NCBI GenBank assembly: GCA_028702535.1
Contig: JAQVOR010000003.1
Location: 1 to 58,837, forward strand
Length of the DNA stretch: 58,837 bases
Direction: 5' to 3'
From: Bacteroidales bacterium
GTDB taxonomy: Bacteria; Bacteroidota; Bacteroidia; Bacteroidales; ML635J-15
In this document: positions 47,146 through 58,400 of the stretch, one piece after another
How the letters are laid out: each line of letters starts with the position of its first letter
Position numbering within the stretch: position 1 is the stretch's first letter
Notes under the pieces: generated by a model
The model's database searches: none
What the model saw: the letters and a program-made list of their open reading frames with translations, nothing else
What the model was told of the DNA's origin: nothing
Position numbers and translations under genes: made by a program

Positions 47146-47544
47146 ATGAAAAAAATCGTATTAATAATTTCAGCAATGATTTTAGTCGGATTATTTACAA
47201 TTCCGCAATTAAGTGCACAAACAGCCGACTCTAAAGTAGTAAAATTAACAGAGTCAAATTTTAACAATGGGATAAAAAAAGGTTTAGTATTAGTAGATTT
47301 TTATGCAGATTGGTGTCGTCCATGCAAGATGATGCAACCTGTTCTTGAGAGTGTTGCCACTGGACATGCAGACAAGATTACTATTGCAAAATTAAATACA
47401 GATCAGAATAAAATGTTATCGCAAAAATATCAGATATCTGGTATTCCAGCTTTGATACTTTTTAAAAACGGTAAAGAGATTACAAGAATTATTGGATACC
47501 ATGATGAAGCCGCTTTAGTTCAAAAATTGACTCCTTATTTTTAG
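47146..47544 (+). CDS. Exported thioredoxin with a WCRPC active site
   Basis: Signal peptide ending SAQ. Thioredoxin fold (VDFYADWCRPCK, ISGIPALILFKNG). Confidence 0.85.
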   Translation: MKKIVLIISAMILVGLFTIPQLSAQTADSKVVKLTESNFNNGIKKGLVLVDFYADWCRPCKMMQPVLESVATGHADKITIAKLNTDQNKMLSQKYQISGIPALILFKNGKEITRIIGYHDEAALVQKLTPYF

Positions 47545-48263
47545 AGATTTGCAGACAAATATTTTTCGCATTGGTTAATAGCCTCATGCTTACCAATATC
47601 TAAGATATAATTATCATCAAGCACCCATCCACCAATGCGGTGTTTTTTTGATATTTGGAGTAATTCAGGAATTATTGGAAATGAGCCTTGCTTTTCTAAG
47701 AGATCAAATATTTCATAATTAAAAACATATATTCCACTAAAAGCCATTTCATCATAAGTTTTTCTTTCGTGTGAAATTATTTCTGCTCCATTTGTATTAT
47801 TTCTCCAGCCACACAAACGTAAAGTTTCATCAAAAAGTAAATATTTAGTGCTTACCCGATGTTTAACCGCTAAACTTACAATATTTGTTGAGGTTTTATG
47901 TGCATTTATCATATTTATTAAGTCTATATCTGAATAAATATCGACATTATGGACCAAAAAAACATCATTTGGTTTAAAAAACTTTTTAGCATTTTTTAGT
48001 CCGCCACCAGTATCAAGCAAGATGCCCGATTCGTCCGATATATGAATTTCGGCACCAAAATCATTATTTTTAACAAATTCTATTATTTGATTAGCAAAAT
48101 GATAAGTATTTATCACAATATAATTAAAACCGCTATCGACAAGTTTCTCTATAAGAATTTGCAGCATAGGTTTTCCAGCAATTCTGACCATTGCTTTTGG
48201 TTTATTGTCTGTTAGTGGTGCCAGCCTTGTTCCTAAGCCAGCAGCAAAAATCATAGCTTTCAT
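47541..48263 (-). CDS. Sugar-phosphate nucleotidyltransferase (MurU/GlmU-N-like)
   Basis: MIFAAGLGTRLAPLTDNKPKAMV signature. 240 aa. Confidence 0.75.
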   Translation of the reverse strand: MKAMIFAAGLGTRLAPLTDNKPKAMVRIAGKPMLQILIEKLVDSGFNYIVINTYHFANQIIEFVKNNDFGAEIHISDESGILLDTGGGLKNAKKFFKPNDVFLVHNVDIYSDIDLINMINAHKTSTNIVSLAVKHRVSTKYLLFDETLRLCGWRNNTNGAEIISHERKTYDEMAFSGIYVFNYEIFDLLEKQGSFPIIPELLQISKKHRIGGWVLDDNYILDIGKHEAINQCEKYLSANL

Positions 48264-48279
48264 ATCAAATATATTTATT

Positions 48280-48306
48280 AAAAAAAATGCCCCTAACGGA
48301 GCATTT
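48280..48306 (-). terminator. Rho-independent terminator downstream of mmdB
   Basis: Minus-strand RNA aaaugcuccguuaggggcauuu followed by U8. 19 nt past the stop. Confidence 0.55.
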
Positions 48307-48324
48307 CTTTTAATATTTTAAAAA

Positions 48325-49968
48325 TCACAATAAGAAACTTAACAATATACCAGCCGCGACTGCCGAGCCAATAACTCCAGAAACGTTAGGAGCCATAGCA
48401 TGCATTAACAGGTAGTTATTATTATCTTCTTTGTGTCCTAATTCTTGTGCCACTCGAGCACTATCTGGCACGGCCGATACTCCAGCAATACCAATAATTG
48501 GATTTACAGGATTTGATTTTGGCGATAGCCAATTCATTATTTTAGCTGCTAATACACCCGCTGTAGTTGCTAAAACAAACGACAATGCTCCCATAATAAA
48601 GATTAATACGGAGTCGGAAGTAAGGAATACATCAGCCTGAGTAGAAGCTCCGACTGTAAGTCCAAGTAGAATTGTAATAGTATCAATTATTGCATTTGAA
48701 GCAGTATCTGCAAGTCTGCGAGTTACACCGCTTTCTTTCATAATATTACCAAAAAACAACATTCCTAACAAAGGCAATGCAGTTGGTGATATATATGCCG
48801 TTAGCAACAAGGCAATAATTGGAAATATAATCTTTTCAACTTTAGACACTTGTCTTGGAGGTTTCATTCGTATTTTACGTTCTTTTTTAGTAGTCAATAG
48901 TTTCGCAATCGGTGGTTGAATAACCGGCACAAGTGCCATATAAGAATATGCTGCAATAGCAATAGGTCCAATAAGATTTTTAACATATATTGGATCGCCT
49001 ACAGCATTAAATCCTAGAATATTAACCCCGTTTGCAAGTTTTGAACTAATAAAAATTGCAGTTGGACCGTCAGCACCTCCAATAATTCCAATAGCCCCTG
49101 CCTCGGCAGGATGAAAACCAACCAACAAGGCTAAAAGGAAAGTAGAAAAAACTCCAAACTGAGCAGCGGCACCTAATAACATCAATCTAGGATTTGATAT
49201 TAATGAGGAGAAATCTGTCATAGCACCAATTCCAAGGAAAATCAACGGTGGGAACCATCCCTGCACAACACCTCCATAAAAGATATTAAACACAGAGCCA
49301 GGTTCATAAATTCCAAGTTTAAGATTAAAGTCCACGGCTTGAAACATTGGGATATTACCTATTAATATACCTACACCAATAGGAATAAGTAAGAGTGGCT
49401 CATAATTAAAACGGATACCTAAGAAAATAAACACCAAGCCCACAACCAGCATAATTAAATGCCCTCTAGTTGCATTAGCAAAACCAGTAAACTCCCAAAA
49501 CTTTAAAAGCCCGTGCATAGATGCAGATCTGTGTTCATATTCTAACCCATTGTCCACAATAAGCTTACCATCAACAACTTGAGCAGTTCTCGAATCAAGG
49601 CGAATAGTTTCAGGCGTAGTAGCATAAGCTCCGTCAGTAGTATTTGGGTCGATATTTTTACTAAAATGTACAACAGTAGTTTCTTCAAATACTAATTTAA
49701 CTACATCCCCATCTATATAATATTTACCGGGATACTCATGTTTTGCAGAATCCATAGAGAACGTACCGTCCTCAAAAAATATAATAGTTTTGAATCTGCT
49801 AACAGTTTTAACATTATCATCTGCGCTCGGCATAATAGGTGTTGGATAATACCCATCTGCTTTGTTCATCCATTTGCCTTTAATAAGCTCTGCTTTAGTA
49901 ATATTACCAGCAAAAGACAAACTAGTTAAAACTGATAAAAATAAGATTAATATTATTTTGTTTTTCAT
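48325..49968 (-). CDS. mmdB: Na+-translocating decarboxylase beta subunit with an extra about 160-aa N-terminal domain
   Basis: OadB/MmdB-type polytopic core from about residue 165 (EPLLLIPIGVGILIGN ... NPRLMLLGAAAQFG ... GPTAIF). It is preceded by a signal/anchor helix and a lipocalin-like soluble region. Confidence 0.85.
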   Translation of the reverse strand: MKNKIILILFLSVLTSLSFAGNITKAELIKGKWMNKADGYYPTPIMPSADDNVKTVSRFKTIIFFEDGTFSMDSAKHEYPGKYYIDGDVVKLVFEETTVVHFSKNIDPNTTDGAYATTPETIRLDSRTAQVVDGKLIVDNGLEYEHRSASMHGLLKFWEFTGFANATRGHLIMLVVGLVFIFLGIRFNYEPLLLIPIGVGILIGNIPMFQAVDFNLKLGIYEPGSVFNIFYGGVVQGWFPPLIFLGIGAMTDFSSLISNPRLMLLGAAAQFGVFSTFLLALLVGFHPAEAGAIGIIGGADGPTAIFISSKLANGVNILGFNAVGDPIYVKNLIGPIAIAAYSYMALVPVIQPPIAKLLTTKKERKIRMKPPRQVSKVEKIIFPIIALLLTAYISPTALPLLGMLFFGNIMKESGVTRRLADTASNAIIDTITILLGLTVGASTQADVFLTSDSVLIFIMGALSFVLATTAGVLAAKIMNWLSPKSNPVNPIIGIAGVSAVPDSARVAQELGHKEDNNNYLLMHAMAPNVSGVIGSAVAAGILLSFLL

Positions 49969-49985
49969 TGTTTTAGTCTTCTCTT

Positions 49986-50414
49986 TTACTCAATTTCTAA
50001 TAAAACTTCATTTTGCAGTACTGATTGTCCTACTTTAACTTTGACAGAAGAGACAATACCATCGAATTCGCACATAATATTGTTTTCCATTTTCATGGCT
50101 TCCATTATCATAACTACAGTACCTTTAGTAACCTTATCTCCCGCACTAACTTTAACGTCCAGAATATTACCTGGCAAAGGAGAGTTCACAACTCTCAGAT
50201 TACCTGGAGCAACAGTTTTTTTAGGTTCAACAGGATCGTTTTTTACTGCTTGCGGTCTAGGTTTACGAACAATAGGAGTAGGTTTTTCGACTGTCTTTTC
50301 CAACTCTACCTCGTATTTTAAACCATTAACCTGAATATGTGCAATATTTTCAACAACCTCCTCTATTGCCACCTCATATTCATTAGAATTGATTTTGAAC
50401 TTGAAGTTTTTCAT
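49986..50414 (-). CDS. mmdC: Biotin carboxyl carrier subunit
   Basis: Biotinylation motif IMEAMKMEN. Pro/Ala/Lys-rich linker. Confidence 0.85.
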   Translation of the reverse strand: MKNFKFKINSNEYEVAIEEVVENIAHIQVNGLKYEVELEKTVEKPTPIVRKPRPQAVKNDPVEPKKTVAPGNLRVVNSPLPGNILDVKVSAGDKVTKGTVVMIMEAMKMENNIMCEFDGIVSSVKVKVGQSVLQNEVLLEIE

Positions 50415-50429
50415 TTATTGTGATTTTAT

Positions 50430-50804
50430 TTAATTAATATTTATGATTTTTGAACTCCATTGCGAACTCACACGATCCTGGATATCCATAGTCAGCACCA
50501 TTGACTCTAAGTCGTGTGTATCTTCAAAATGCAGATGCAATGCCATTGCAATAGCAGCGTATAGTTCACTATTTTCTGTAACCTCTGTTGTTTTTTCGGC
50601 TTCAGTTTTTTGTTTTTTGTTTTTCTTTTTCTTTTTTCCCTTACCTATATTATCAAAATTGATAATTTTTGGCATAAAAAAGAATAAAAGATAGATTACA
50701 ATTAATGCTCCAAAGACGACACTAAATCCAATAATAAAAAGGGTCATTGCATTAGCATCTATATTAGACACATCAAAAGAAACTGCACTAAGTATTGTTA
50801 ACAT
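50430..50804 (-). CDS. mmdD: OadG-family small membrane subunit
   Basis: One TM helix, Lys-rich linker, position between mmdA and mmdC. Confidence 0.6.
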   Translation of the reverse strand: MLTILSAVSFDVSNIDANAMTLFIIGFSVVFGALIVIYLLFFFMPKIINFDNIGKGKKKKKNKKQKTEAEKTTEVTENSELYAAIAMALHLHFEDTHDLESMVLTMDIQDRVSSQWSSKIININ

Positions 50805-50816
50805 ATCAATTTTATT

Positions 50817-52376
50817 TTACAAAGGAATATTAGTGTGTTTTTTAGCTGGCATTTTATCACGTTTAGTTGCTAAAGCAGCAAGAGCTCTAATAATTCTAAA
50901 GCGTGTATTACGTGGTTCGATTACATCGTCAATAAAGCCATATTTAGCAGCTTGATAAGGATTTGCAAATTTCTCTCTATATTCGAGTTCTTTTCCTGCA
51001 ACAAACTCGGCTCTTTTGTCGAGGTCTTCGATAGCCGAAAGCTCTTTAAAATGAAGTACTTCGATTGCTCCTTGTGCTCCCATAACGGCAATTTCGGCAG
51101 AAGGCCATGCGTAGTTAAGGTCTCCTTTAAGTTGTTTGCAACTCATCACATCATGAGCACCGCCATAAGATTTACGGAGAGTAATTGTAACTTTAGGAAC
51201 AGTTGCTTCACCATAAGCATACATTAGTTTTGCTCCATTAGAAATTATACCACCATATTCTTGTGAGCTACCCGGCAAGAAACCAGGTACGTCAACCAGT
51301 GTAACCAACGGGATATTAAAGCAATCGCAGAATCTTACAAAACGAGCAGCTTTTTTCGAAGCATCAATATCTAAAACTCCAGCTAAGAAATTAGGCTGGT
51401 TAGCTACTATCCCGACAGATTGTCCATTAAAGCGAGCAAATCCGACAACAATATTTTTAGCAAAATACTTATGCACCTCCTCAAATTCGCCATTATCAAC
51501 AAGTGTAGTTATAATATCAATAACATTATAAGGTTTATTTGGATTATCGGGGATTAGAGTATTTAAAACATCGTCAATTCTATCAATTGGGTCGTTACAA
51601 TCGACTAATGGAGTAGTTTCCATAAAATTTTGCGGCATATAAGAAATTAGCCTACGCAAGGTATCAATTGCTTCCTGTTCGTTTTCGGAAACAAAGTGAG
51701 CGACACCCGATTTAGACGCATGTATCATTGGTCCGCCAAGATTTTCGACAGTTATATCTTCACCCGTAACAGTTTTAGTAACTTTAGGTCCAGTAACAAA
51801 CATATAGCTAATACCTTCTGTCATCAGGACAAAGTCTGTTAAAGCTGGTGAGTAAACTGCACCACCTGCACAAGGTCCTAAAATAGCCGATAGCTGTGGG
51901 ATAACTCCAGAAGCTTCAATATTTCTTTGAAAAATATCTGCATAACCTGATAAACTTAACACACCTTCTTGAATTCTGGCACCACCACTATCATTAAGGC
52001 CAATAACAGGAGCACCTGCTTTCATAGCCATATCCATTACTTTGCATATTTTTTTTGCATTTGTCTCAGATAATGATCCGCCCAAAACGGTAAAGTCTTG
52101 TGAAAAAACATAAATTAATCTTCCATCAACAGTACCATATCCAGTAACTACGCCATCACCAAGGAATGATGTTTTATCAAGTCCAAAGTCGGTTGCACGA
52201 TGAGTTACAAACATATCTAACTCTTCAAAACTACCTTCGTCGAGTAATATATCTATTCTTTCTCGGGCAGTTAATTTTCCTTTCGCATGCTGTGCTTCAA
52301 TTCGTTTTTCGCCTCCACCCAAACGAGCTTGAGCACGCATCTCAACAAGTTTTTTGATTTTTTCTTCGATTGCCAT
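50817..52376 (-). CDS. mmdA: Methylmalonyl-CoA decarboxylase alpha subunit (carboxyltransferase)
   Basis: 519 aa. Typical acyl-CoA carboxylase beta-family sequence ([34 protein letters not shown]). Confidence 0.9.
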   Translation of the reverse strand: MAIEEKIKKLVEMRAQARLGGGEKRIEAQHAKGKLTARERIDILLDEGSFEELDMFVTHRATDFGLDKTSFLGDGVVTGYGTVDGRLIYVFSQDFTVLGGSLSETNAKKICKVMDMAMKAGAPVIGLNDSGGARIQEGVLSLSGYADIFQRNIEASGVIPQLSAILGPCAGGAVYSPALTDFVLMTEGISYMFVTGPKVTKTVTGEDITVENLGGPMIHASKSGVAHFVSENEQEAIDTLRRLISYMPQNFMETTPLVDCNDPIDRIDDVLNTLIPDNPNKPYNVIDIITTLVDNGEFEEVHKYFAKNIVVGFARFNGQSVGIVANQPNFLAGVLDIDASKKAARFVRFCDCFNIPLVTLVDVPGFLPGSSQEYGGIISNGAKLMYAYGEATVPKVTITLRKSYGGAHDVMSCKQLKGDLNYAWPSAEIAVMGAQGAIEVLHFKELSAIEDLDKRAEFVAGKELEYREKFANPYQAAKYGFIDDVIEPRNTRFRIIRALAALATKRDKMPAKKHTNIPL

Positions 52377-52417
52377 TTTAAGATTGTTCTAATGTTATTT
52401 GCATCAAGTTATTAAAA

Positions 52418-52828
52418 TTATTTATTTTTATCTTCACATAATTCGGTTAAAACTCCAAATGTTGATTTTGGGTGCAGAAAAGCAATATCTAAGCCCTCTG
52501 CTCCTTTTCGCGGAGTCTGGTCAATTAATCTTATTCCATTCGCATCGAGTGATTTTAAAGCATTTTCGATACCATTTACTGCAAAAGCAATATGGTGCAT
52601 CCCCTCTCCTTTTTTCTCAATAAACTTTCCAATAGGACCTTCGGGATCAGTTGATTCCAAAAGTTCAATTTTAGTTTGTCCAATTTTAAAAAAAGCAGTC
52701 TTAACTTTTTGATCCGCTACCTCTTCGACAGAATAACATTTTAAACCTAATACGTCTTCGTAATATTTTCTTGCCTCATCGATTGACTTAACGGCAATTC
52801 CAATATGTTCTATGTGTGTTAAATTCAT
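52418..52828 (-). CDS. mce: Methylmalonyl-CoA epimerase (VOC family)
   Basis: 136 aa. IEHIGIAV ... GMHHIAF ... VLTELCE. Confidence 0.85.
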   Translation of the reverse strand: MNLTHIEHIGIAVKSIDEARKYYEDVLGLKCYSVEEVADQKVKTAFFKIGQTKIELLESTDPEGPIGKFIEKKGEGMHHIAFAVNGIENALKSLDANGIRLIDQTPRKGAEGLDIAFLHPKSTFGVLTELCEDKNK

Positions 52829-52856
52829 AATGTAAATTTATTTATTCAAGAATTGC

Positions 52857-52864
52857 AAATATAT
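52857..52864 (-). promoter_or_regulatory. Candidate Bacteroidota -7 promoter box (TAtaTTTG) for the mce-mmd operon
   Basis: The reverse complement reads TATATTTG, matching the TAnnTTTG consensus, 28 nt upstream of the mce ATG. No convincing -33 element. Confidence 0.3.
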
Positions 52865-52911
52865 ACAAAGCCTTTTAAATTATCAATAATATAAATCAAC
52901 AATTTTATTGT

Positions 52912-52937
52912 TTTTTTGACACTATTTTTTTGACACC
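52912..52937 (+). promoter_or_regulatory. Direct repeat TTTTTTTGACAC x2 (period 14 bp) upstream of the ECF sigma gene
   Basis: Perfect 12-mers at 52912-52923 and 52926-52937, about 77 nt before the ATG. Confidence 0.3.
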
Positions 52938-53013
52938 TAAAAAAAAATAATTAGTTTAGTAAAAAATATTATTAAAAGATAGACAACTAATTATTAAATG
53001 TTTCGTCAATAAT

Positions 53014-53607
53014 ATGAAAAATGATGATATGGACCTAAGCAACTGGGACAATGTAAAGATGATTGTAGATGGATGTGTGAGAGGCGACAAAGACAGTCAA
53101 CACTTGCTTTACAAAGCCACTTATGGCAAAATGCTGGGGACGTGTATGAGATATGCTGAAAATAGTGACGAGGCTAAGGATTTTTTACACGATGGGTACA
53201 TAAAGGTCTTTGAAAAAATTAAATACTTTAAGCACACAGGTTCTTTTGAAGGGTGGATTAGACGGATTATTGTCAATAACACAATTGATAGTATTAGAAA
53301 GAAAAACAGGATGCGTTATAATACAGGTGAAGATTATGCCTTATTAAACATTACTGATGAAACTACAAAAGATACAGATAAATTAAACAAAATTACCCTG
53401 AGTGCTGCAAGGTTGATTGAATTAATACAGGATTTAACACCAGCATACCGAACAGTGTTTAACCTTTATGTTATAGAAGATTACTCACATAAAGAGATTG
53501 CCAAAATGTTAAATATCAGTATTGGAACATCAAAATCTAACCTTGCTAAAGCAAAAATGAAATTAAAAAAATTATATACAGACAAATACGGAGAAATCGA
53601 TGAATGA
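53014..53607 (+). CDS. ECF-type RNA polymerase sigma-70 factor
   Basis: Region 2 (FLHDGYIKVFEKI...WIRRIIVNNTIDSIRKK) and region 4 (YRTVFNLYVIEDYSHKEIAKMLNISIGTSKSNL). Confidence 0.85.
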   Translation: MKNDDMDLSNWDNVKMIVDGCVRGDKDSQHLLYKATYGKMLGTCMRYAENSDEAKDFLHDGYIKVFEKIKYFKHTGSFEGWIRRIIVNNTIDSIRKKNRMRYNTGEDYALLNITDETTKDTDKLNKITLSAARLIELIQDLTPAYRTVFNLYVIEDYSHKEIAKMLNISIGTSKSNLAKAKMKLKKLYTDKYGEIDE

Positions 53608-54868
53608 TTTAAAAAACATAAAAGAAATTCTTTCAAATTACGAGCTTGAATACAATCATCAAGATTGGCTCAAACTTGAAAAGGATATACCTAAACCAGG
53701 TATGAGCGGATTAGTCAAAGGAATTATTGTAGCATCAACAGTAATAATTTCTATTACTGCTGCCATACTATTTATTAATGGCATCAATAAATCTAATAAC
53801 ATTAATAATAAGAACAAAATAACTCAAACCACACCTACTAATATTAATACAAGCGAAAAAATTATTGTAATTGATGAAAATAGTAATATTGCTAAGCAAA
53901 ATATCAGCGAAAAGAATTTAGCTACCAAAAAAACAGAAGATACCAATCACAACCAACATTCAGTTCAAAATACGACAGAAAAGAAATCAGTAACAAGTGC
54001 TAATGACACTCAACAAAATAATTCTACCAATCAAAATTCTATTGATAAAGATAATTCAAAAACTACAATTATTGTTGAACCAATAGCTGAAAGCACAACT
54101 CCAGACATATCAAAACTAGTATTTTCTTATGAACTTTCCGAAAATTGCATCCCAGCAACAATAAAATTTAAAGCTAAAAATGTACCTAAAAACTGTACTA
54201 TTGTATGGAATACAGGAGACAATTACAGAATAGAAGGCAACGAAGTAGAGTACACCTATACAAATGATGGAAGTTTTTACCCTGAGATAAACGTTATTTA
54301 CAACAATTTTGTATTAAAAAACGAAAAAATTGATATTATAGAATTAAATAGTTCAACTAAAATACGAATTAATTTTGATAAGTCAGAAAATTCATATTAC
54401 TTTACTTGCGATAATGAAAAAGGTTTAGATTTACTATGGAGCATTGATAAACTTGAATTTAGAGAGCGAGAAGTACGATATGATTTCAATAAATCTGCAA
54501 ATTATATAATAAGATTGGATGCTATAAATGAATATGGGTGTAAAACAAGTGTTGAAGAAACTATTAAAATTTTAATTGAACATGTATTTTATTTACCAAA
54601 TGCGTTTACACCAAATACTAACGGGATTAACTCAGAGTTCGGTCCCATTGGCGAGGATATGCACTTTGAAAGTTATCAATTGTTAATAGTTGATGGTACT
54701 GGCAAACCAGTTTTTAGCTCGAATAATTTTGATTACAAATGGAACGGAAAAATAAACAATGTTGGCGAAAATGCAAAACCGGGTTATTACCTCTGGGAGA
54801 TAAAAACCTTAGATGAATATGGCAACATACAAACTAAAAAAGGAAGAGTGAATTTAATATGGAATTAA
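53600..54868 (+). CDS. Single-pass membrane protein in the anti-sigma position, with a PKD-like domain and a T9SS type-B C-terminal domain
   Basis: 8-nt overlap with the sigma gene. Short cytoplasmic N-terminus, TM helix (GIIVASTVIISITAAILFI), N/T-rich linker. C-terminus LPNAFTPNTNGINSEF...GYYLWEI. Confidence 0.6.
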   Translation: MNDLKNIKEILSNYELEYNHQDWLKLEKDIPKPGMSGLVKGIIVASTVIISITAAILFINGINKSNNINNKNKITQTTPTNINTSEKIIVIDENSNIAKQNISEKNLATKKTEDTNHNQHSVQNTTEKKSVTSANDTQQNNSTNQNSIDKDNSKTTIIVEPIAESTTPDISKLVFSYELSENCIPATIKFKAKNVPKNCTIVWNTGDNYRIEGNEVEYTYTNDGSFYPEINVIYNNFVLKNEKIDIIELNSSTKIRINFDKSENSYYFTCDNEKGLDLLWSIDKLEFREREVRYDFNKSANYIIRLDAINEYGCKTSVEETIKILIEHVFYLPNAFTPNTNGINSEFGPIGEDMHFESYQLLIVDGTGKPVFSSNNFDYKWNGKINNVGENAKPGYYLWEIKTLDEYGNIQTKKGRVNLIWN

Positions 54869-54890
54869 GGATAAAATAAAATAACTAATT

Positions 54891-55448
54891 ATGAAAAAGA
54901 TAGTATTTATTAATTTGTGTTTACTTTTTACCTCATTATCGTTTTCACAAACCGTAAAAATGGAGTTTACACAAAAAAAAGTAGTTGGCAATGAGCTTAC
55001 GGTCTATTTTTACGTCCAGAATCTGGAAAATGAAGAGCAAGCTCAAATCATTTTGGAAGACTTACTATCTGAAAACGGAATAAAGTCTGGCAGATATTTT
55101 AAAGCTGGGAATGGTAAGGATAGGTTTCAACTATATGTAAATGAGATTATTACAGCTAATTATGTGAGAGATATTCTATTAACTCACAATGTCGATTTTG
55201 ATTATTCGACTGTTAGGGTTAATGGAGTAATCCAGCATCCTGCTGAATTACCAGAGCAAGTTTCAGTAATGGGATCGAAGAAGACTGAAATGCCAGAAGG
55301 ATTTCCAGAATTTTCTAAAACAGGCAATCATGAATTGGATGTAGATAACTATCGATTGTCAAAAGACAAATGGATTGAAGAAAATTCTGAACAATATAAC
55401 CAGATGGTTAAGGAAATGGAAGAAAACAACAAATGGAGAGAAAAATAA
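54891..55448 (+). CDS. Secreted hypothetical protein
   Basis: Signal peptide MKKIVFINLCLLFTSLSFSQ. 185 aa. No motif recognised. Confidence 0.5.
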   Translation: MKKIVFINLCLLFTSLSFSQTVKMEFTQKKVVGNELTVYFYVQNLENEEQAQIILEDLLSENGIKSGRYFKAGNGKDRFQLYVNEIITANYVRDILLTHNVDFDYSTVRVNGVIQHPAELPEQVSVMGSKKTEMPEGFPEFSKTGNHELDVDNYRLSKDKWIEENSEQYNQMVKEMEENNKWREK

Positions 55449-55478
55449 TTTAATAAGAAATTAAAACCACAACATATT

Positions 55479-58400
55479 ATGCGAAAATTTTTACTTTTTC
55501 TGATGAGTATATTTTTACTGCTAAGTATTAGTAGTAAAACTTTTGCTGTTTGTTCTGGTGCAACTAGTGCTGGAGCATTGAATCCAAACACAAACTGGCA
55601 AACAATTACCCCCAGCACTCACACATATTATACATTTGACGCAGCCTATGCAGGTGAGACTTTTGTATTTTCATTTTGTGATGGTGGCGGGTCAAACTCA
55701 CTTGATACACAACTCGAAATTTACACAAACGCTGGTGTGCCTGTAGCAGGTTTTTACAACGATGATCACTGCGGACTGGGATCAGAGATTGTATTTACTG
55801 CACCAGCAGCAGGAACATATAGAATAGGTATTTACCGATATTATTGCTCGACAACAGTTGCTGCGGCAGGTACAATGGCGTATCGCAGACTACCAGCACC
55901 AACTAGTGCTGACTGCTTAGGTGCTTTACCATTATGTAATCTAAATAATTCACATCCAATTTCAGCATCTGGCCAAGGTAATTACTATGACTTGTTCGAT
56001 TTTTACGCTCAATTAGGCATGGCAGTTAGCACTCACAATTGTCCCAACTGCTTGGTTACAGGAGAAGATAACAATATGTGGTACACTTTTGTTGCTCAAA
56101 CAAGTGGAACTGTAAACTTTACAATTGCCCCAAACAACTCTGCTGATGACTATGACTGGGCTGCTTTTAGCCTAAATAATGGCGTTGGCTGCTTAGACCT
56201 TGTAAATTACAATGTACCTGCAAATAGACCCGTACTCTGTAATTATTGTGGTACAACTGGCAATACTGGTGCTGGTCCAGGATCAACAACTTGTGAAGGG
56301 CCAAACAGTTGCAGTAACTGGACCAGCTCTTTAAATGTTATTGCTGGTAATACTTATGTAGTTAATGTTAGTAATTTTAGTGGATCCGTTAACGGTTATT
56401 CAATAAATTTTGGAGGTTCTGCTAGTATTGTTGACAATACAGGCCCTACGATTGAATCATTGGAATATGCTCCGTATTGCGGACAATCATCAATAACACT
56501 ACAATTCTCAGAAAGAGTTTGGTGCGGATCTGTTCAACCTGCCGATTTTGTCTTAACAGGTCCGGGTGGAACTTATGATATTTCAGATACTTGGAGTGCT
56601 GTATGCGAATCTGCTGCTGCATCCACATATTCGGGGACTTTTTATGATGATTTATGGACTCTTGAACTTTCAGATTATCTAGATCAGGGCGGTAGTTATT
56701 CAATTTGCTTAAATTATAATAGTGTTACAGATATTTGCAATAACGGTTCGCCTGGCAATTGCATAATTTTCACAATTACTGGAATAGAGGCAACAATTTC
56801 CAATACCGACATTGCCTGTAATGGAGACAACAATGGCTCTATAACAGTTAATAATATAACAGGTGGCACTGCCCCATATTCATATAGCCTAAATGGTGGT
56901 GCATCCGTTGCCGTAGTAGGAACAGGTTTTAGCCTAACTAATTTAAGTGCAGGTTCCTATCAAATTGTTATAACAGATAATATAGGAAATTGCGAATATG
57001 TTGAAACGGTGGTAATACATGAATCTCCTCTTCTTGCGTTTAATACATCAATAACGCATCCAACTTGTGGAGGTGGAGAAAATAGTGGAGCAGTGCTGAT
57101 AACAGGCACAGGCGGTACACCTAATTATAATATACAACTTGGGGCAGCAACTCAAAACGGCGTTGCTTCATACAACTTTACAGGCCTCACAGGTGGCTCG
57201 TATGGTATTACAGTAACCGATCTTTATGGATGTACAGCCACAGGAAGCGTAAATCTCAATAATGTAGATGTACCTGATGCAACATTTACATACAACGGTA
57301 ATCAATGTTTTACTGGACATTCATTTAATTTTACACATACAGGAGCAGTTACCCCAGGCGAAACCTACAGTTGGACATTTACTAGTGGAACGCCAGCAAC
57401 ATCAACCGCCCATAATCCGACAGGAATAACTTGGGCAGCACCAGGCATCTATAATGTAAGTCTTACAGTTACTACAGGAACATGTACAGATACATACAGC
57501 ACTAGTATTTCAGTTTATGCATCTCCAAGTCCTACAATTACAACGACTTCTGATAATTGTGGACTATGTGATGGCACAGCTTCAACAACAATTGGCTATT
57601 CTTCTTATTCATGGTCAACAGGTTCAACAGCATCAAGCATCAATGGATTATGTGCTGGCAATTATACTGTAACAGTAAGTGATGCAAATAGCTGTACCGC
57701 AGCCACACCATTTACAATTTCAGCAGCGGGTAATACCCCAGTAGCAAATGTCGTTACAACAAATCCAACTTGTGCAGGAGATTGTAATGGAACAGCAACT
57801 GTAAACGCCACAGGAAGTCCTTCATATTCATACAATTATTCATCTGGTACAACACCAAATAACCAAACCACAGGTGGTTTATGCAATGGAACATATACCG
57901 TAACTGTAGCAGACGGCTCTAATGCTGCTTGTTTTACAGTAGAGACTTTTACGATAACAGAACCCCCTGCAATGATTCTCACTATGGGTCATACAGACGC
58001 TACTTGTGGGATGGCAAATGGAACAGCCAGCGTTACAGTTACAGGACACACTCCTCCTCCATCATATAGTTGGTCAAGTGGTGGGACAACAGCAACAATT
58101 ACAGTTGCAGCAGGGACATATACTGTTACAGTTACCGATGGAGCGGGTTGTACTGCCCAAAATACTGTAACCGTAAATGATACAGGAGTACCATTTACTG
58201 TTACCACAAGTGTTAATAATAATGTGAACTGTTTTGGAAATTGTAATGGCTCTGCAACCGCTACACCTGTAGGAGCAGGTCCATTTACATACTTATGGGA
58301 TAACGCACAAATTACTCAAACAGCAACAGGACTTTGTCAAGGCAATCATACAGTAACTGTAACCGAAGCTGGATGTAGTGTTATTGAAACAATAAATATA

